A stretch of DNA of 64,000 nucleotides from NCBI RefSeq assembly GCF_001194135.2, contig NC_068983.1, positions 163,026,760-163,090,759 of the forward strand, read 5' to 3'. This document shows, piece by piece, positions 34,828 to 47,162 of the stretch. Under the pieces are notes generated by a model. It was not told where the DNA came from. It saw only the letters and a list, made by a program, of their open reading frames with translations, and did no database searches. Each line of letters begins with the position of its first letter. Positions within the stretch are counted from its first letter, which is position 1. A program made the position numbers and the translations under genes. The stretch is from Octopus bimaculoides (lineage: Eukaryota).

Positions 34828-36584
34828 AAAAAAAAATATTATTTCAAATCTTATTTTCCTTTTCTTTTTTTGTTTAGTTTCAGTTGATTCTGTTGATGAT
34901 GTCTATAAAATAGAGAAAAGATATTGTTTACGTTATCGCAATTACCAGCTGCTATAGTTAATATTGTCGTTCTTCTTGTATACCATAGATTCCAGCTTGT
35001 AATCTTATCGCAACTAGTTTTATTCAAGTCCACATTGTTATTTTTCGTATTGAATTGCTTTACGTTGTCGCTCCTGTTATAACAATGGAGGTTATAAACT
35101 GTAATAAATTCTCAACGCTGTCGTAAGTTAAAATATGTCTATAATTGACTGTTAAGTAAACGATATTATATTGCTTAAGAGGCTTCATAGACTCCTGGGC
35201 ATTTTATATAGTGATTCTGCTCAATTATTATTTATATTACTCCTGTTAGAATGAAGAACACTGTCGATTATGTTATGGAATTAATTTATATAGTTCCAGT
35301 CTGTGGTATAGGTCGTGATATAGGTTAACATTTGGTTATTTTAAGATATGATATATTACGTTACACGATATAATATATTACCACTGCTCGTGGTAATAAA
35401 CTATAGTATAACACAAGAAAGCTTCCATCAACATACGGTTTTAATGTAGTAAGATGTTCTTAGGTGTAAGTCAATCTACCCAGTATGTGAGCTGTATAGG
35501 GTTTACGCTGTAGTGGGTATGTTTGGAGGGGTTAACATATTCTAACTCTCAACCTATATATATATCATTAGAATATCATTTGTTCACCTACGCGTAATTC
35601 CGTGTTGTCCCACAAATATACTGTATTATTGGCAACTCACCAGCAAAGCATGTCCTCTTTCTTTCATGTAAAATTAGTTTACACGAAAGAATGGCGTTCG
35701 GCATTGTATCTACGTACAAAATCGATACGTTGGCATAATTTTGAAAGCTTCCATTGTTTTCTACACCAAATTGAATGTAACAAAATGCCGTTTCATTTAA
35801 CCCATACATTATTCTTAAATAGAATTACCTTACACTATCTTTTAGATCATGTTATGGTGTAGATTCTTGTCTTCCAGAATTATTTCTATATCCCTGTTAC
35901 GGCCTTTGATATTGCGTTGCAGAGGTTCCAAAACATTTGAAACAAAATATACATTTTCTGAGAACCTCTAACCCGCGTTACGTTCACTCAACGACAATAT
36001 GAAATAATCCATCTTTTACAAACGAACAAAATCTAATTTGCTTCAAGTAGGAACATAATTCATTACAAGAATAAAGAACTGAGTTAGAAAATGAATTCCT
36101 ACAAATATAATAAGAATATATAATGAATTCTTATCGATATTCTAGTTTGGCTTGACTAGAATTAATAATAAGCTTTGACCGGAAGACGTATTTCGTGATC
36201 TGTCACTGCAGCCTATTGGCTGGAATATTGTATTAGATTATTCACAGATAGCGAATCTTTCAGTGGTGAAAAGAAAGCTCTTTAAAATATAATCTACAAT
36301 ATAGATTTGTTTGCATTTCAATGTGCTAATATAAAAAAGTATTAATAATAAATAATTTTACGGGAATACAGTTATTAATTATAAACTTAAACAATAATGT
36401 GAAGATTATCCTGAAAGCACCTCTTATGCTTTTCGTTTATAAAAGTCAAGAAATAAAAGGATGAAGAGAATATTTCAAAATTCTGATTGCAAAAAGATGA
36501 AATATGGGGTGTATAATGAAGCCAATGCTAGATTTGTAAATTATTTTGTAAAAATGATGGTGTTTTGATTTACATATCTATATT

Positions 36585-36735
36585 TGTTTCAAATTTTGGC
36601 ACAAGGCCAGCAGTTTTGGGGGAGGGGTAAATCCATTACATCGACCCCGGTGCTTAACTGGTGTTTATTTTATTCAAACCGAAAGAATAAGAAGCAAAGT
36701 CGACCTCGGCAGAATTTGAACTCAGAGTGCAAAAA
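36585..36735 (-). mobile_element. SINE family B 3' half, abutting a truncated mariner
   Basis: CTGAGTTCAAATTCTGCCGAGGTCGACTTTG through GGCCTTGTGCC on the reverse strand. Confidence 0.8.
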
Positions 36736-37494
36736 ACGTCGCAATAGAACTCCCAATTTACTGCCAGATTTCGAGAGATGAATTCTTGATGCGCAATACC
36801 GTGGATGTCGAAAGCAAGGATTAGCATGCGCTGAGCTGCGGCTCTGTCGTGCCTTCCAAGGTCGTGGAGATGAAGGGATTTTCCACTGTAACGACCACTC
36901 TTTCGTCTCCGGGTCGTCCCCGTTGATCCAACTCTCGTCACTGGTAATGATTCTCGACTTGAAGGATGGGTCATCAGCGACACGCTGACGGAGATTTGAC
37001 AGACATCGACGCGATGTTCTTTCTGCTCAGTGGTCGGCGGGCGGGGGACAATCGGAGGAGATAAGCTGCATGTCCAATTCAGACGTCAGCATTTCCTGCA
37101 CGGACCTTTATGACAGACCAGCAACATCAGCAATGTTACTGGTTGTCCACCTCTGATCCTCATACAGAAGCAGATAAATTTTCTCCACATTTATGGGGGT
37201 GACGCTAGTGGCAGGTCTCCTAGATTTCTTATCGTCTTCAAATGGCGTTCTTCTGCTTTTGAAGATTCCGTGCCACTCAAAACATTGCGTACGACCAATT
37301 ATCGCGTCACCGTAAGCTTGCCGAAGCATGCTCAAGATCTATGTAGCAGACTTCCCATGTTTAACGCAAAATTTCACAAGTTGCGACGTAAACACACCGG
37401 TATCACATAGCGCACTGCCTCACAAAGTACACTGCGCACGCAGCCGTATGCTGATATCTGTTGGCGCGCTACAGAACTATACCGGAAACCTTTA
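36736..37494 (-). mobile_element. Mariner 5' two-thirds (vertumnana/mellifera-like), truncated
   Basis: VKFCVKHGKSAT, MLRQAYGD, QCFEWH, FEDDKKSRRPATS, RIITSDESW and EFYCDVF; the terminus sits next to TA at ~37495. Confidence 0.88.
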
Positions 37495-37500
37495 TATACA

Positions 37501-37567
<67 letters not shown>

Positions 37568-37571
<4 letters not shown>

Positions 37572-37987
37572 TTTATCTTTACTTGTTTTAGTCATTTGAC
37601 TGTGGCCATGGTGGAGCACCGCCTTGAAGGGCCCTTTAGTCGAGCAAATCGACCCAAGGACTTATTTTTTTTTAAGCTTCGTGATTATTCTACGGTCTCT
37701 TTTGACGAAGCGCTAAGTTGCGGGGACATAAGCACATAACACCAATTGTCAAGCGGTGGTGGGGGACAAACAATGACACAAAGACACACACACGCCCACA
37801 CATACACACGTGCGCGTGCACACGCACATATATGCGACGGGATTCCTTCAGTTTCCGTCCACCAAATCCTCCCACAAGGCTTTGGTCGTCCCGAGACTGC
37901 AGCAGAAGACACTTGTCCAAGGCGCAATGCAGTGGGACTGAACCCGAAACCATATGGTTGGGAACCAAGCTTCTTACCACACAGCCA
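37568..37987 (-). mobile_element. CORE-type SINE (family A)
   Basis: Full head, body and tail match to the other copies. Confidence 0.88.
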
Positions 37988-37989
37988 GA

Positions 37990-38145
37990 TGTCTGGGAAG
38001 TCGCCGGATTTCTTCATGTGTCTCTTCAGCACATCCCCGTATCGCAACCTCTGGCCACCGCAGCTCTGCCTGCCCTGGCGCAGTTCAACATAGAAATCTG
38101 CCTTATCAACATAGAAATCTCCATCTTGCAAGCATAGTACACAGA
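37990..38145 (-). mobile_element. RTE-clade LINE C-terminal fragment
   Basis: ELRQGRQSCGGQRLRYGDVLKRHMK matches the RTE C-terminal motif (GEL..G.R..GGQ..RYKD.LK). Confidence 0.8.
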
Positions 38146-39197
38146 AATAGCCTGAGACAAAATGAGACACAATACATAGAAACCATACACAACGGAATAA
38201 AACTCTGCATCAAAACACTGAACAAAAACATAAAAAAGTATAATATAACACTGAGAGAAAAACTGGTAAATATTTGTATCTAAAAACATCTCAAAAGAAA
38301 GAATCATACAGTATCATGAGTAATTATCGTTATCATTGGAAACAAGAACAACATTTTATTGTGTCGTAATAACAACCTCATATCACAAACATTCACCTAA
38401 AACCACCAGGATCTGAAACAATAACTGCATTCACAAACACTTATAGATATTAGGATCAACATAATCAATTTTCCAGAATGTAGTTTTCTGGTCCAACTTG
38501 AAAATCTAACAATCATTTAAATTGGATGACGTCATCTTTCTGTACACACACATTATAGCTTAGTTTCTGGCATGAAAGATATATATCTTTTGTAAAAGAA
38601 AAAGAAAACCTGGAAAATTACAATGCATTTTCCACGAGGCTCGTTGAGAAATGGATGCCTCGGTTTTCTTAGGGTTAATTAAAAGCAGCTCCTTAAAAAG
38701 ATTTATTCATTGTTATTGCAGATAAAGACCAGAAGATAAAGTATGTGAAAACTACAGCACATTGGATGCGTAAGAAAGGAAAGTTATATCAAGGACTTTT
38801 ATTCGTAGATTAGAAGATCGATGATAGAATGATCGATGAAAGATTGGAGCTGGTTAAGTGGTTAAGGTCCATCCACGCTTTGTTCGGCCATGTGTCGTCG
38901 GGCGACAGTCATGACAGGTGGCCAGAAGTAGTGGAAGTAGTACAATGACCATGGTGTGTCACATGAATATTTTCAGAGCAGCTAAAGCAACCATCGCTAG
39001 TATTGTGTTGTTTAGTAATATCCAGCAGCAAGCCAGCACGTGATGGTCCGTGAGAGTCACAAACAACTGACCATGTATGAACACATTCGTAGTAGTGTAT
39101 AAAGAAGTAACTTATTAAAATTTAACAGAGAAACAAATATTTATTCGAAAGTTTTCTTCAAAGGGATTTTAAAAATGGAGAATCAGCATTTTCTTTC

Positions 39198-39240
<43 letters not shown>

Positions 39241-39526
39241 TATAGATAGATACATATGTACGTACATACATACATACATACATAAAAGAGAATACTGGTG
39301 GAATGTACCAGTGAAGACCTTAATAAAATGTAAGCACAACAGACCTGATATAATGATTCGGAATAGAGAAGAGAAACTGTGCACAGTTGTGGAAATTATC
39401 TGCCCAGCGGATGTTAACATAAAGCTGAAGATCAGTGAAAGAGAGAACACCTATGCTGAACTATTGNNNNNNNNNNAAAGTTTTCTTCAAAGGGATTTTT
39501 AAAATGGACAATCAGCATTTTCTTTC

Positions 39527-39569
<43 letters not shown>

Positions 39570-39612
39570 TATAGATAGATACATATGTACGTACATACAT
39601 ACATACATACAT

Positions 39613-40083
39613 AAAAGAGAATACTGGTGGAATGTACCAGTGAAGACCTTAATAAAATGTAAGCACAACAGACCTGATATAATGATTCGGAATAGAGAAG
39701 AGAAACTGTGCACAGTTGTGGAAATTATCTGCCCAGCGGATGTTAACATAAAGCTGAAGATCAGTGAAAGAGAGAACACCTATGCTGAACTATTGAGAAA
39801 TCTGCAGTTACTCTATCGAGATTACAAGTTCAGGTTTATACCTGTAATTATTGGGGCCCTGGGATATGTAACATATTGCCTAATTACCAATCTTGAGAAA
39901 TTAGGCTTCTCAACACCAGAAAGGAGAAAGCTAATTCGAAGACTACAGATCTAATCCATCACTGGAACTGTAAAAACCTGTAAAACTTTCCAAAGTTAAT
40001 CATTTAAATATAGATGAGCATGTCTAGATATGCAACTATGTGCATGAGAAGACATGCATAAAGCAAAGCATACAAATCTGCAC
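39613..40083 (+). mobile_element. R4/Dong-like 3' fragment (RLE domain + 3' UTR) embedded in (TACA)n
   Basis: EYWWNVPVKT, CKHNRPDIMI, CTVVEIICPAD and FIPVIIGALG; TACA repeats on both sides. Its 5' part is duplicated at 39284-39466 across a 10-N gap. Confidence 0.9.
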
Positions 40084-40259
40084 ACATACATACATACATA
40101 CATACATACATACATACATAAATCATAGTAAACCGGAATGGTTCATCGTGGAATATATCTTCTGAAGTGATGCGAAAGGCCCTGCCTAAATCCTCACATC
40201 TTTCCTCTTCCTCACAGCAAAGAAATATCTAAAAAGGCTTGTCAGACCGCATGAGGGTT

Positions 40260-40950
40260 CCAGCAGATAAAATGCGAAGAATGTTGACCCGGAGGGTAGT
40301 GATTTCACTCAACGACGGGCTTGAGAACCTCACTGGTTTTCCTATCAATTCTATCTGTTAATAGACATTTTTCATGTCTTCCTTGGACACTTGTCGATTA
40401 TGCGGATAAGTCTACGGTAAGTATAAACGTTTTTTTCCTGGAATTACGTTCCCAGATTCAGGGCGTGCCAAGTGGTCTGTTTAGTGTCCAAGAACAACAC
40501 TCCCAGAACCTGCGATTTCTCGAATCTAGTGTTACAGAGATTTGTCATCTCATTCACTTCATGCAAGAAGTGTCTAGATTGGCTGTATCCACAGGCACAT
40601 TCCTATCCCTTCGGAGCATAGAGGGAGCCACATACACAGATGACATCACTTCCAATACACACAGTACAGTCATTCTCCAGACAAGCACTAGCAGACAACC
40701 ATATTTAAATCGGAGACAGCTTTGGTTCCACAGAGGAGTCTACTTCTGCTGCGACTACAGACAATATCCACGGTTGCACACGAACAGATTGGAGAAACGA
40801 AACGTGAGCGTTACGAGACTCTCACGTGGTGCCTTCCTCACGTTACTCATCATTGCACGACGAATTATACTGATTGGTTTCCAGAGAAGTACAGACAGAG
40901 TACAACTGCGAGAACGGATCTGTGTGTATGCGATGCCTTGTTCTAGCTGA
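40260..40950 (+). mobile_element. Decayed L1/Tx1-type RT fragment
   Basis: ATYTDDIT (YADD-like) in the expected context, with weak RPITLLN-like and LDQSKAFD-like upstream motifs. Confidence 0.5.
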
Positions 40951-42513
40951 ATAACTATGCCGTAGGACTGATCGATCGGGGTTGATATGGCGCCACCAAA
41001 GTTTTGAGATATATGGAAAAAATGATATCTACGATGGTGACAGTCATAAGACTTGCAAAACCAGAACCAAATACAGTATATACGAAGTATGGAAGAATGT
41101 AAATATTCTGGCAAATAATAAGGTAGAATAAAAGAAAAATACAAGGTATAAAAATGAAATCATATAAAAATATAATTTGAACCACCAACGCAAAATGTTT
41201 CTGATTCCAGAAATATTAGTTTCTCGTCAGAGGGAAGGAAGGGGGGGGCAGAAGGAGAGAAAGCGAAGCATATACGGTAGAGCTGTAAGCTTTAGGCCAT
41301 TAGTGAGTACAAATGGAACGGAAATTAAAATAAAATCAAATTTCAAATTAATACAGTGAAATGAAAACTCTAAAACGAAGTAAATTATTATCATGGATGT
41401 AATTCAGAAGGATTCGGGGAGAAAGCAGAATATCATGTAAAGTGTAGTGTGTGTGTGTGTGTGTGTGAATATATGTTTCCATGCACATATAGATACAAAT
41501 AGCTATATGCCATTTATCTATGCAATATGATATACGATATATACACATAAATANNNNNNNNNNNNNNNNNNNNNNNNNNNNNNNNNNNNNNNNNNNNNNN
41601 NNNNNNNNNNNNNNNNNNNNNNNNNNNNNNNNNNNNNNNNNNNNNNNNNNNNNNNNNNNNNNNNNNNNNNNNNNNNNNNNNNNNNNNNNNNNNNNNNNNN
41701 NNNNNNNNNNNNNNNNNNNNNNNNNNNNNNNNNNNNNNNNNNNNNNNNNNNNNNNNNNNNNNNNNNNNNNNNNNNNNNNNNNNNNNNNNNNNNNNNNNNN
41801 NNNNNNNNNNNNNNNNNNNNNNNNNNNNNNNNNNNNNNNNNNNNNNNNNNNNNNNNNNNNNNNNNNNNNNNNNNNNNNNNNNNNNNNNNNNNNNNNNNNN
41901 NNNNNNNNNNNNNNNNNNNNNNNNNNNNNNNNNNNNNNNNNNNNNNNNNNNNNNNNNNNNNNNNNNNNNNNNNNNNNNNNNNNNNNNNNNNNNNNNNNNN
42001 NNNNNNNNNNNNNNNNNNNNNNNNNNNNNNNNNNNNNNNNNNNNNNNNNNNNNNNNNNNNNNNNNNNNNNNNNNNNNNNNNNNNNNNNNNNNNNNNNNNN
42101 NNNNNNNNNNNNNNNNNNNNNNNNNNNNNNNNNNNNNNNNNNNNNNNNNNNNNNNNNNNNNNNNNNNNNNNNNNNNNNNNNNNNNNNNNNNNNNNNNNNN
42201 NNNNNNNNNNNNNNNNNNNNNNNNNNNNNNNNNNNNNNNNNNNNNNNNNNNNNNNNNNNNNNNNNNNNNNNNNNNNNNNNNNNNNNNNNNNNNNNNNNNN
42301 NNNNNNNNNNNNNNNNNNNNNNNNNNNNNNNNNNNNNNNNNNNNNNNNNNNNNNNNNNNNNNNNNNNNNNNNNNNNNNNNNNNNNNNNNNNNNNNNNNNN
42401 NNNNNNNNNNNNNNNNNNNNNNNNNNNNNNNNNNNNNNNNNNNNNNNNNNNNNNNNNNNNNNNNNNNNNNNNNNNNNNNNNNNNNNNNNNNNNNNNNNNN
42501 NNNNNNNNNNNNN

Positions 42514-42537
<24 letters not shown>

Positions 42538-42551
<14 letters not shown>

Positions 42552-42797
42552 TGTTCCTTCTCGCGCCATGCCTAGCACATAAGGGCAGGTTTCCCGGTTT
42601 CATTGGCGTATAGGTTCCCCACCTGGATGGGACGCCGGTCTGTTGCAGAGGAGCTGCTAGATGCAGGAGAGAAAGTTGTAGCTGATCAACAAAGGCTCGC
42701 CATTACCTTCCGCTGGTGTCGCATGGAGATTCGGTGTGTGAAACACACACACCATCCGGTCTGAGATTCGAGCCCACGATCCCTCGACCGCAAGTCT
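42538..42797 (-). mobile_element. tRNA-derived SINE family D with (AAC)n tail
   Basis: B-box GGGCTCGAATCTC, GACCGGCGTCCCATCCAGG motif (V/Nin-like) and CAACAACAA tail. Confidence 0.75.
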
Positions 42798-43965
42798 GCT
42801 GGAGTGATTCAGGTTTCTGTGGCATCTTTGTCCACTTGCTTAAACTTTACTGCATTGGGATCGTCCAAATTGTTTTCACGCCTCGATTATATTCTGCAAA
42901 CTAGTCAGCTGTGACAAGCAGTGTTTAGTAGGAGGGTGTGCTTAAAATACTGTTACCACCGACTCCATTAACCTGGAATAACAAATGTTGGCAGGTCAGC
43001 TTATTAGATATATTAACGATGTTGTAAACTTACAATAATCTCGGAAATTTATACGCAACTGCCTCTCTAAAAAAGTTTCAAACTTCTGGAATACACCTCG
43101 TCACTCACTCTCTCTCTCTCGCTCTCTCTCGCTCTCTCTCTCGCTCTCTCTCGCTCTCTCTCTCGCTCTCTCTCGCTCTCTCTCTCTAGTGATCGAGAGT
43201 GCAATACCCTAACAACCAGACACACGCCTTCATGCACATACACACACATGCACGCGCGCTTGTATGTTGTTGTTTTCTTTATGGTGATGCTCTCGTAATA
43301 TTTGGTGTATGTTTAAGCTGAACAAACTAACACTAAGTCTTACAGCTGTCAACAAATATTTAAAACGTCTCTGTATTTCCAGGAAAGCATCTTCAAATGT
43401 GGATGTTAAAAAATATGAAATACATAGATATCACTAACGACTGCACAAACAATTGTACTACATAAAGGCATAAAAGAACAAGAACTATGATAATGTTCTT
43501 TTCTGTTTTATGAAGAGTGAATTGCACAGACTGAACACACACACACACACACACACAATTTAATGCATAAAGAGTGTAATTGTGAAATAGTACAATATAT
43601 ATATTGATGCGCGAATATAAGTCAATGTATACTAAGCGCATAAGATTAAAATATTATTTATCTCTTTTTAACAACATACTTTTAAAATCGTCAAATGATT
43701 AAAAGCAAAATTTATCTATGAAACTTATGAGTATTCTCAAGACATAATCCCGTCATCAAAGACAACATTTTCAAAAGGAAACATAAACACATGGACCATT
43801 TGCAAATTCTCTGAAATCAAAAACAGTAACCCATCATCCTAACTATTCTGCAATTCGTAAAAATTGCAATAAAAATGGATAAAAATCCACTGGAAATTAT
43901 GTCCTGCAATAAGATATCTTTTCTTTCAATGATTTCCTCAAAACTAACACCTATTTATAATATTA

Positions 43966-44167
43966 GTTTCAAATTTTGGTACAAGGCCCGCAATTTTGAG
44001 GGAGGGGAGAAGTCGATTATATCGACCCCAGTGATCAATTGAGACTTGATTTATCGACACCGAAAGGATGAAAAGTAAAGCCGACTTCGGCGGAATTTGA
44101 ACTCAGAACGTAAAGACGAACGAAATGCCGCTGATCATTTTGCTCGGGAAGCTAACGAGTCTGCCCG
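43966..44167 (-). mobile_element. SINE family B
   Basis: Matches the other family B copies. Confidence 0.85.
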
Positions 44168-45265
44168 TTCGTAGAATCGTTAACTAGTCTGTCACCGAAA
44201 TCTAAAGTATTCAACCATTTTTCCAGTATACACGAGAAACCTTTTACTACGTTCCGTAGGTAGCTTGATTCTTTTTTGTCGTGCAATATTTTCTTATTGG
44301 TTATATTTATTTGCTCTGACGTTCAGGTTTTAAGTCAAGTATATTTTACTCTCTTTAAACGCGAATACTATTTTTTATCACCAAAGATTGATTTCTAAGT
44401 CTTTTTTTTCTGCAAGAAATTAATGCAATAATATAAGATTTAATCTTTAATCAGAAACCAGTTAATATCAACAGAGTTAATTACAACTTTGTAATAACAT
44501 AGCAATTCTGTTTCGTGTGAAATGTAAGATTGAGACGAATAAAAGCATTGAAACTATTTTCATGTTGGAATCAATGTTTATAAGAAATTTTGAAGAAGGA
44601 TTCTACAAAAGTAACAACCATCCTCGCTCTGACTCCAAAAACTATCTTTAAACAAAGCATATCTCTTTAAGAACATCACATCCCATTCATATATATTACT
44701 CCGTAACAATACTCCCTACCAAACCCTTCCTACTTCACCTTTCTTATCCATATTACAACAATATCTCTAATTAAATGTTTAAACTTCTTCGACAATTGAC
44801 CTCATGAGCTGGTACGTATAAATCTATAATTGGCTCAAGCGACTATGCTTAAGCACGATTATGTCTATGTATGTATGTATGTATGTATGTATGTATGTAT
44901 GTATGTATGTTTGCATGTCTCTTCTATTTTTTAATTATTATAAATCTTGCACTGAGGAGAGAGCTGGTTTCCAACAAAGATACAAGTCCCCATCTTTGGG
45001 ATGTGGTTAACACAGACAAATTCTATTTGGAACTTGAGAAAATTCTTGCATATTATTACTGTTCCGCTCACAGATTGCATTCGTAATGTACGAATCGGTC
45101 GATTTCTCTTTCTGAAAATCCCAGTTTATCCAGATTCTCCTTTAAACATTTAGTAACAACGCTAGTGCTCCAATTATTATTGATATAAATATGAATTCAT
45201 AGTCAGGATATAGAAGCTGGAGGTTTTGAAGCAGTTGTCCATAGACATCCTCCTTTTCTTTGATG

Positions 45266-45338
<73 letters not shown>

Positions 45339-46263
45339 NNNNNNNNNNNNNNNNNNNNNNNNNNNNNNNNNNNNNNNNNNNNNNNNNNNNNNNNNNNNNN
45401 NNNNNNNNNNNNNNNNNNNNNNNNNNNNNNNNNNNNNNNNNNNNNNNNNNNNNNNNNNNNNNNNNNNNNNNNNNNNNNNNNNNNNNNNNNNNNNNNNNNN
45501 NNNNNNNNNNNNNNNNNNNNNNNNNNNNNNNNNNNNNNNNNNNNNNNNNNNNNNNNNNNNNNNNNNNNNNNNNNNNNNNNNNNNNNNNNNNNNNNNNNNN
45601 NNNNNNNNNNNNNNNNNNNNNNNNNNNNNNNNNNNNNNNNNNNNNNNNNNNNNNNNNNNNNNNNNNNNNNNNNNNNNNNNNNNNNNNNNNNNNNNNNNNN
45701 NNNNNNNNNNNNNNNNNNNNNNNNNNNNNNNNNNNNNNNNNNNNNNNNNNNNNNNNNNNNNNNNNNNNNNNNNNNNNNNNNNNNNNNNNNNNNNNNNNNN
45801 NNNNNNNNNNNNNNNNNNNNNNNNNNNNNNNNNNNNNNNNNNNNNNNNNNNNNNNNNNNNNNNNNNNNNNNNNNNNNNNNNNNNNNNNNNNNNNNNNNNN
45901 NNNNNNNNNNNNNNNNNNNNNNNNNNNNNNNNNNNNNNNNNNNNNNNNNNNNNNNNNNNNNNNNNNNNNNNNNNNNNNNNNNNNNNNNNNNNNNNNNNNN
46001 NNNNNNNNNNNNNNNNNNNNNNNNNNNNNNNNNNNNNNNNNNNNNNNNNNNNNNNNNNNNNNNNNNNNNNNNNNNNNNNNNNNNNNNNNNNNNNNNNNNN
46101 NNNNNNNNNNNNNNNNNNNNNNNNNNNNNCAGCAAGTTGTCACGTGACACTGTCTAAACTTCAACTGACAATGGAGGGTGAGAAGCCACTTCAGTGTCAG
46201 CCTGTCTCACCTAGGCATCTTATGACTTTCAAGCCATATTTGGTCTTCCCGCTTCAGCCATAT

Positions 46264-46332
46264 ATAATTAAGGGATCAGCAGCAGTTGCTTCACCACATA
46301 CCGGAAGCAACTGTTGCTGATCCCTTAATTAT
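46264..46332. other. Near-perfect 29-bp hairpin with 11-nt loop (mini-MITE or pre-miRNA candidate)
   Basis: ATAATTAAGGGATCAGCAGCAGTTGCTTC / GAAGCAACTGTTGCTGATCCCTTAATTAT; the single difference is a G-U pair on the + strand. Confidence 0.9.
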
Positions 46333-46475
46333 GTTTATAAATGTATAAGAACTTTTAAATAAGTTCTTCACCGATAATGGTGTTTACATACCGAAGGGCT
46401 TGGTAAAAATTATTAAGTATTAATTTATTAATAAATTAATAATCCTTTACCCATTTATTTATATATATATTTATA

Positions 46476-47162
46476 CAGAGTGCGATGGGTAAATTGTTGC
46501 CATTTTATATTTATAATTTCGCGCATGCGCGTTGTTTGTTTTTTATTTTGTCGACCACACAGTATAGTAGGGTCAGTTGGGCACCGTCTGTGAGAAAAAC
46601 CTCACGATGATGCAATTCCAATGCAAAAATTTCAGAGTGTTTGGGTGTCAATTTGAGGACAGTACAATTTGAGGACACGTACCGAGTGTGATAAAAATCA
46701 AACATCCAGTCAACATCATGGTGTTTGGAGTGAATACTAGTGATGGCAATGTTATGCCTCCATTCATTTTCCCACTCAACACGGAGGCCTACATCAAGTG
46801 CATGATGGAGGTAGTATTGTCCTGGGTCAAGAGGGTGGCTGCTGGAAGACTCTATGTCTGGCAACAGGACTCTGCACCATGCCACACAAGCAAGAGAACC
46901 CAGTCATGGCTGTCGGATAATTTCTGCGGCCACATAACCCTTAACATCTGGACACCTAACTCTCAAGACTGCAAAGCCCTTGATTATTATGTGTGGGGCG
47001 CAGTTGAGCGAGAGACCAACAAAACTCCTTGTAACACCAAAGATGAACTGAAGGCGTGGATTATGGCAGCACTCACCAACTTATACAAGGAGACCGTCAA
47101 GATGAGTTGCAGGAGATTCCGAAGTCGTCTGGAGGCCGTGGTTGAGGCCAATGGCGATTTTA
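46476..47162 (+). mobile_element. Internally deleted maT (DD37D) transposon; 3' end lost in a gap
   Basis: TA|CAGAGTGCGATGGGTAAATT terminus; open frame 46688-47161 with MVFG, WQQDSAPCH and WTPNSQDCKALDYYVW (37 residues D to D). Confidence 0.88.

Noticed and set aside
39117-39796. ~350-bp tandem duplication including part of the R4-like element
   Set aside because: The copies are separated by a 10-N gap and differ at only about 2 sites; most likely overlapping contig ends or two haplotypes.
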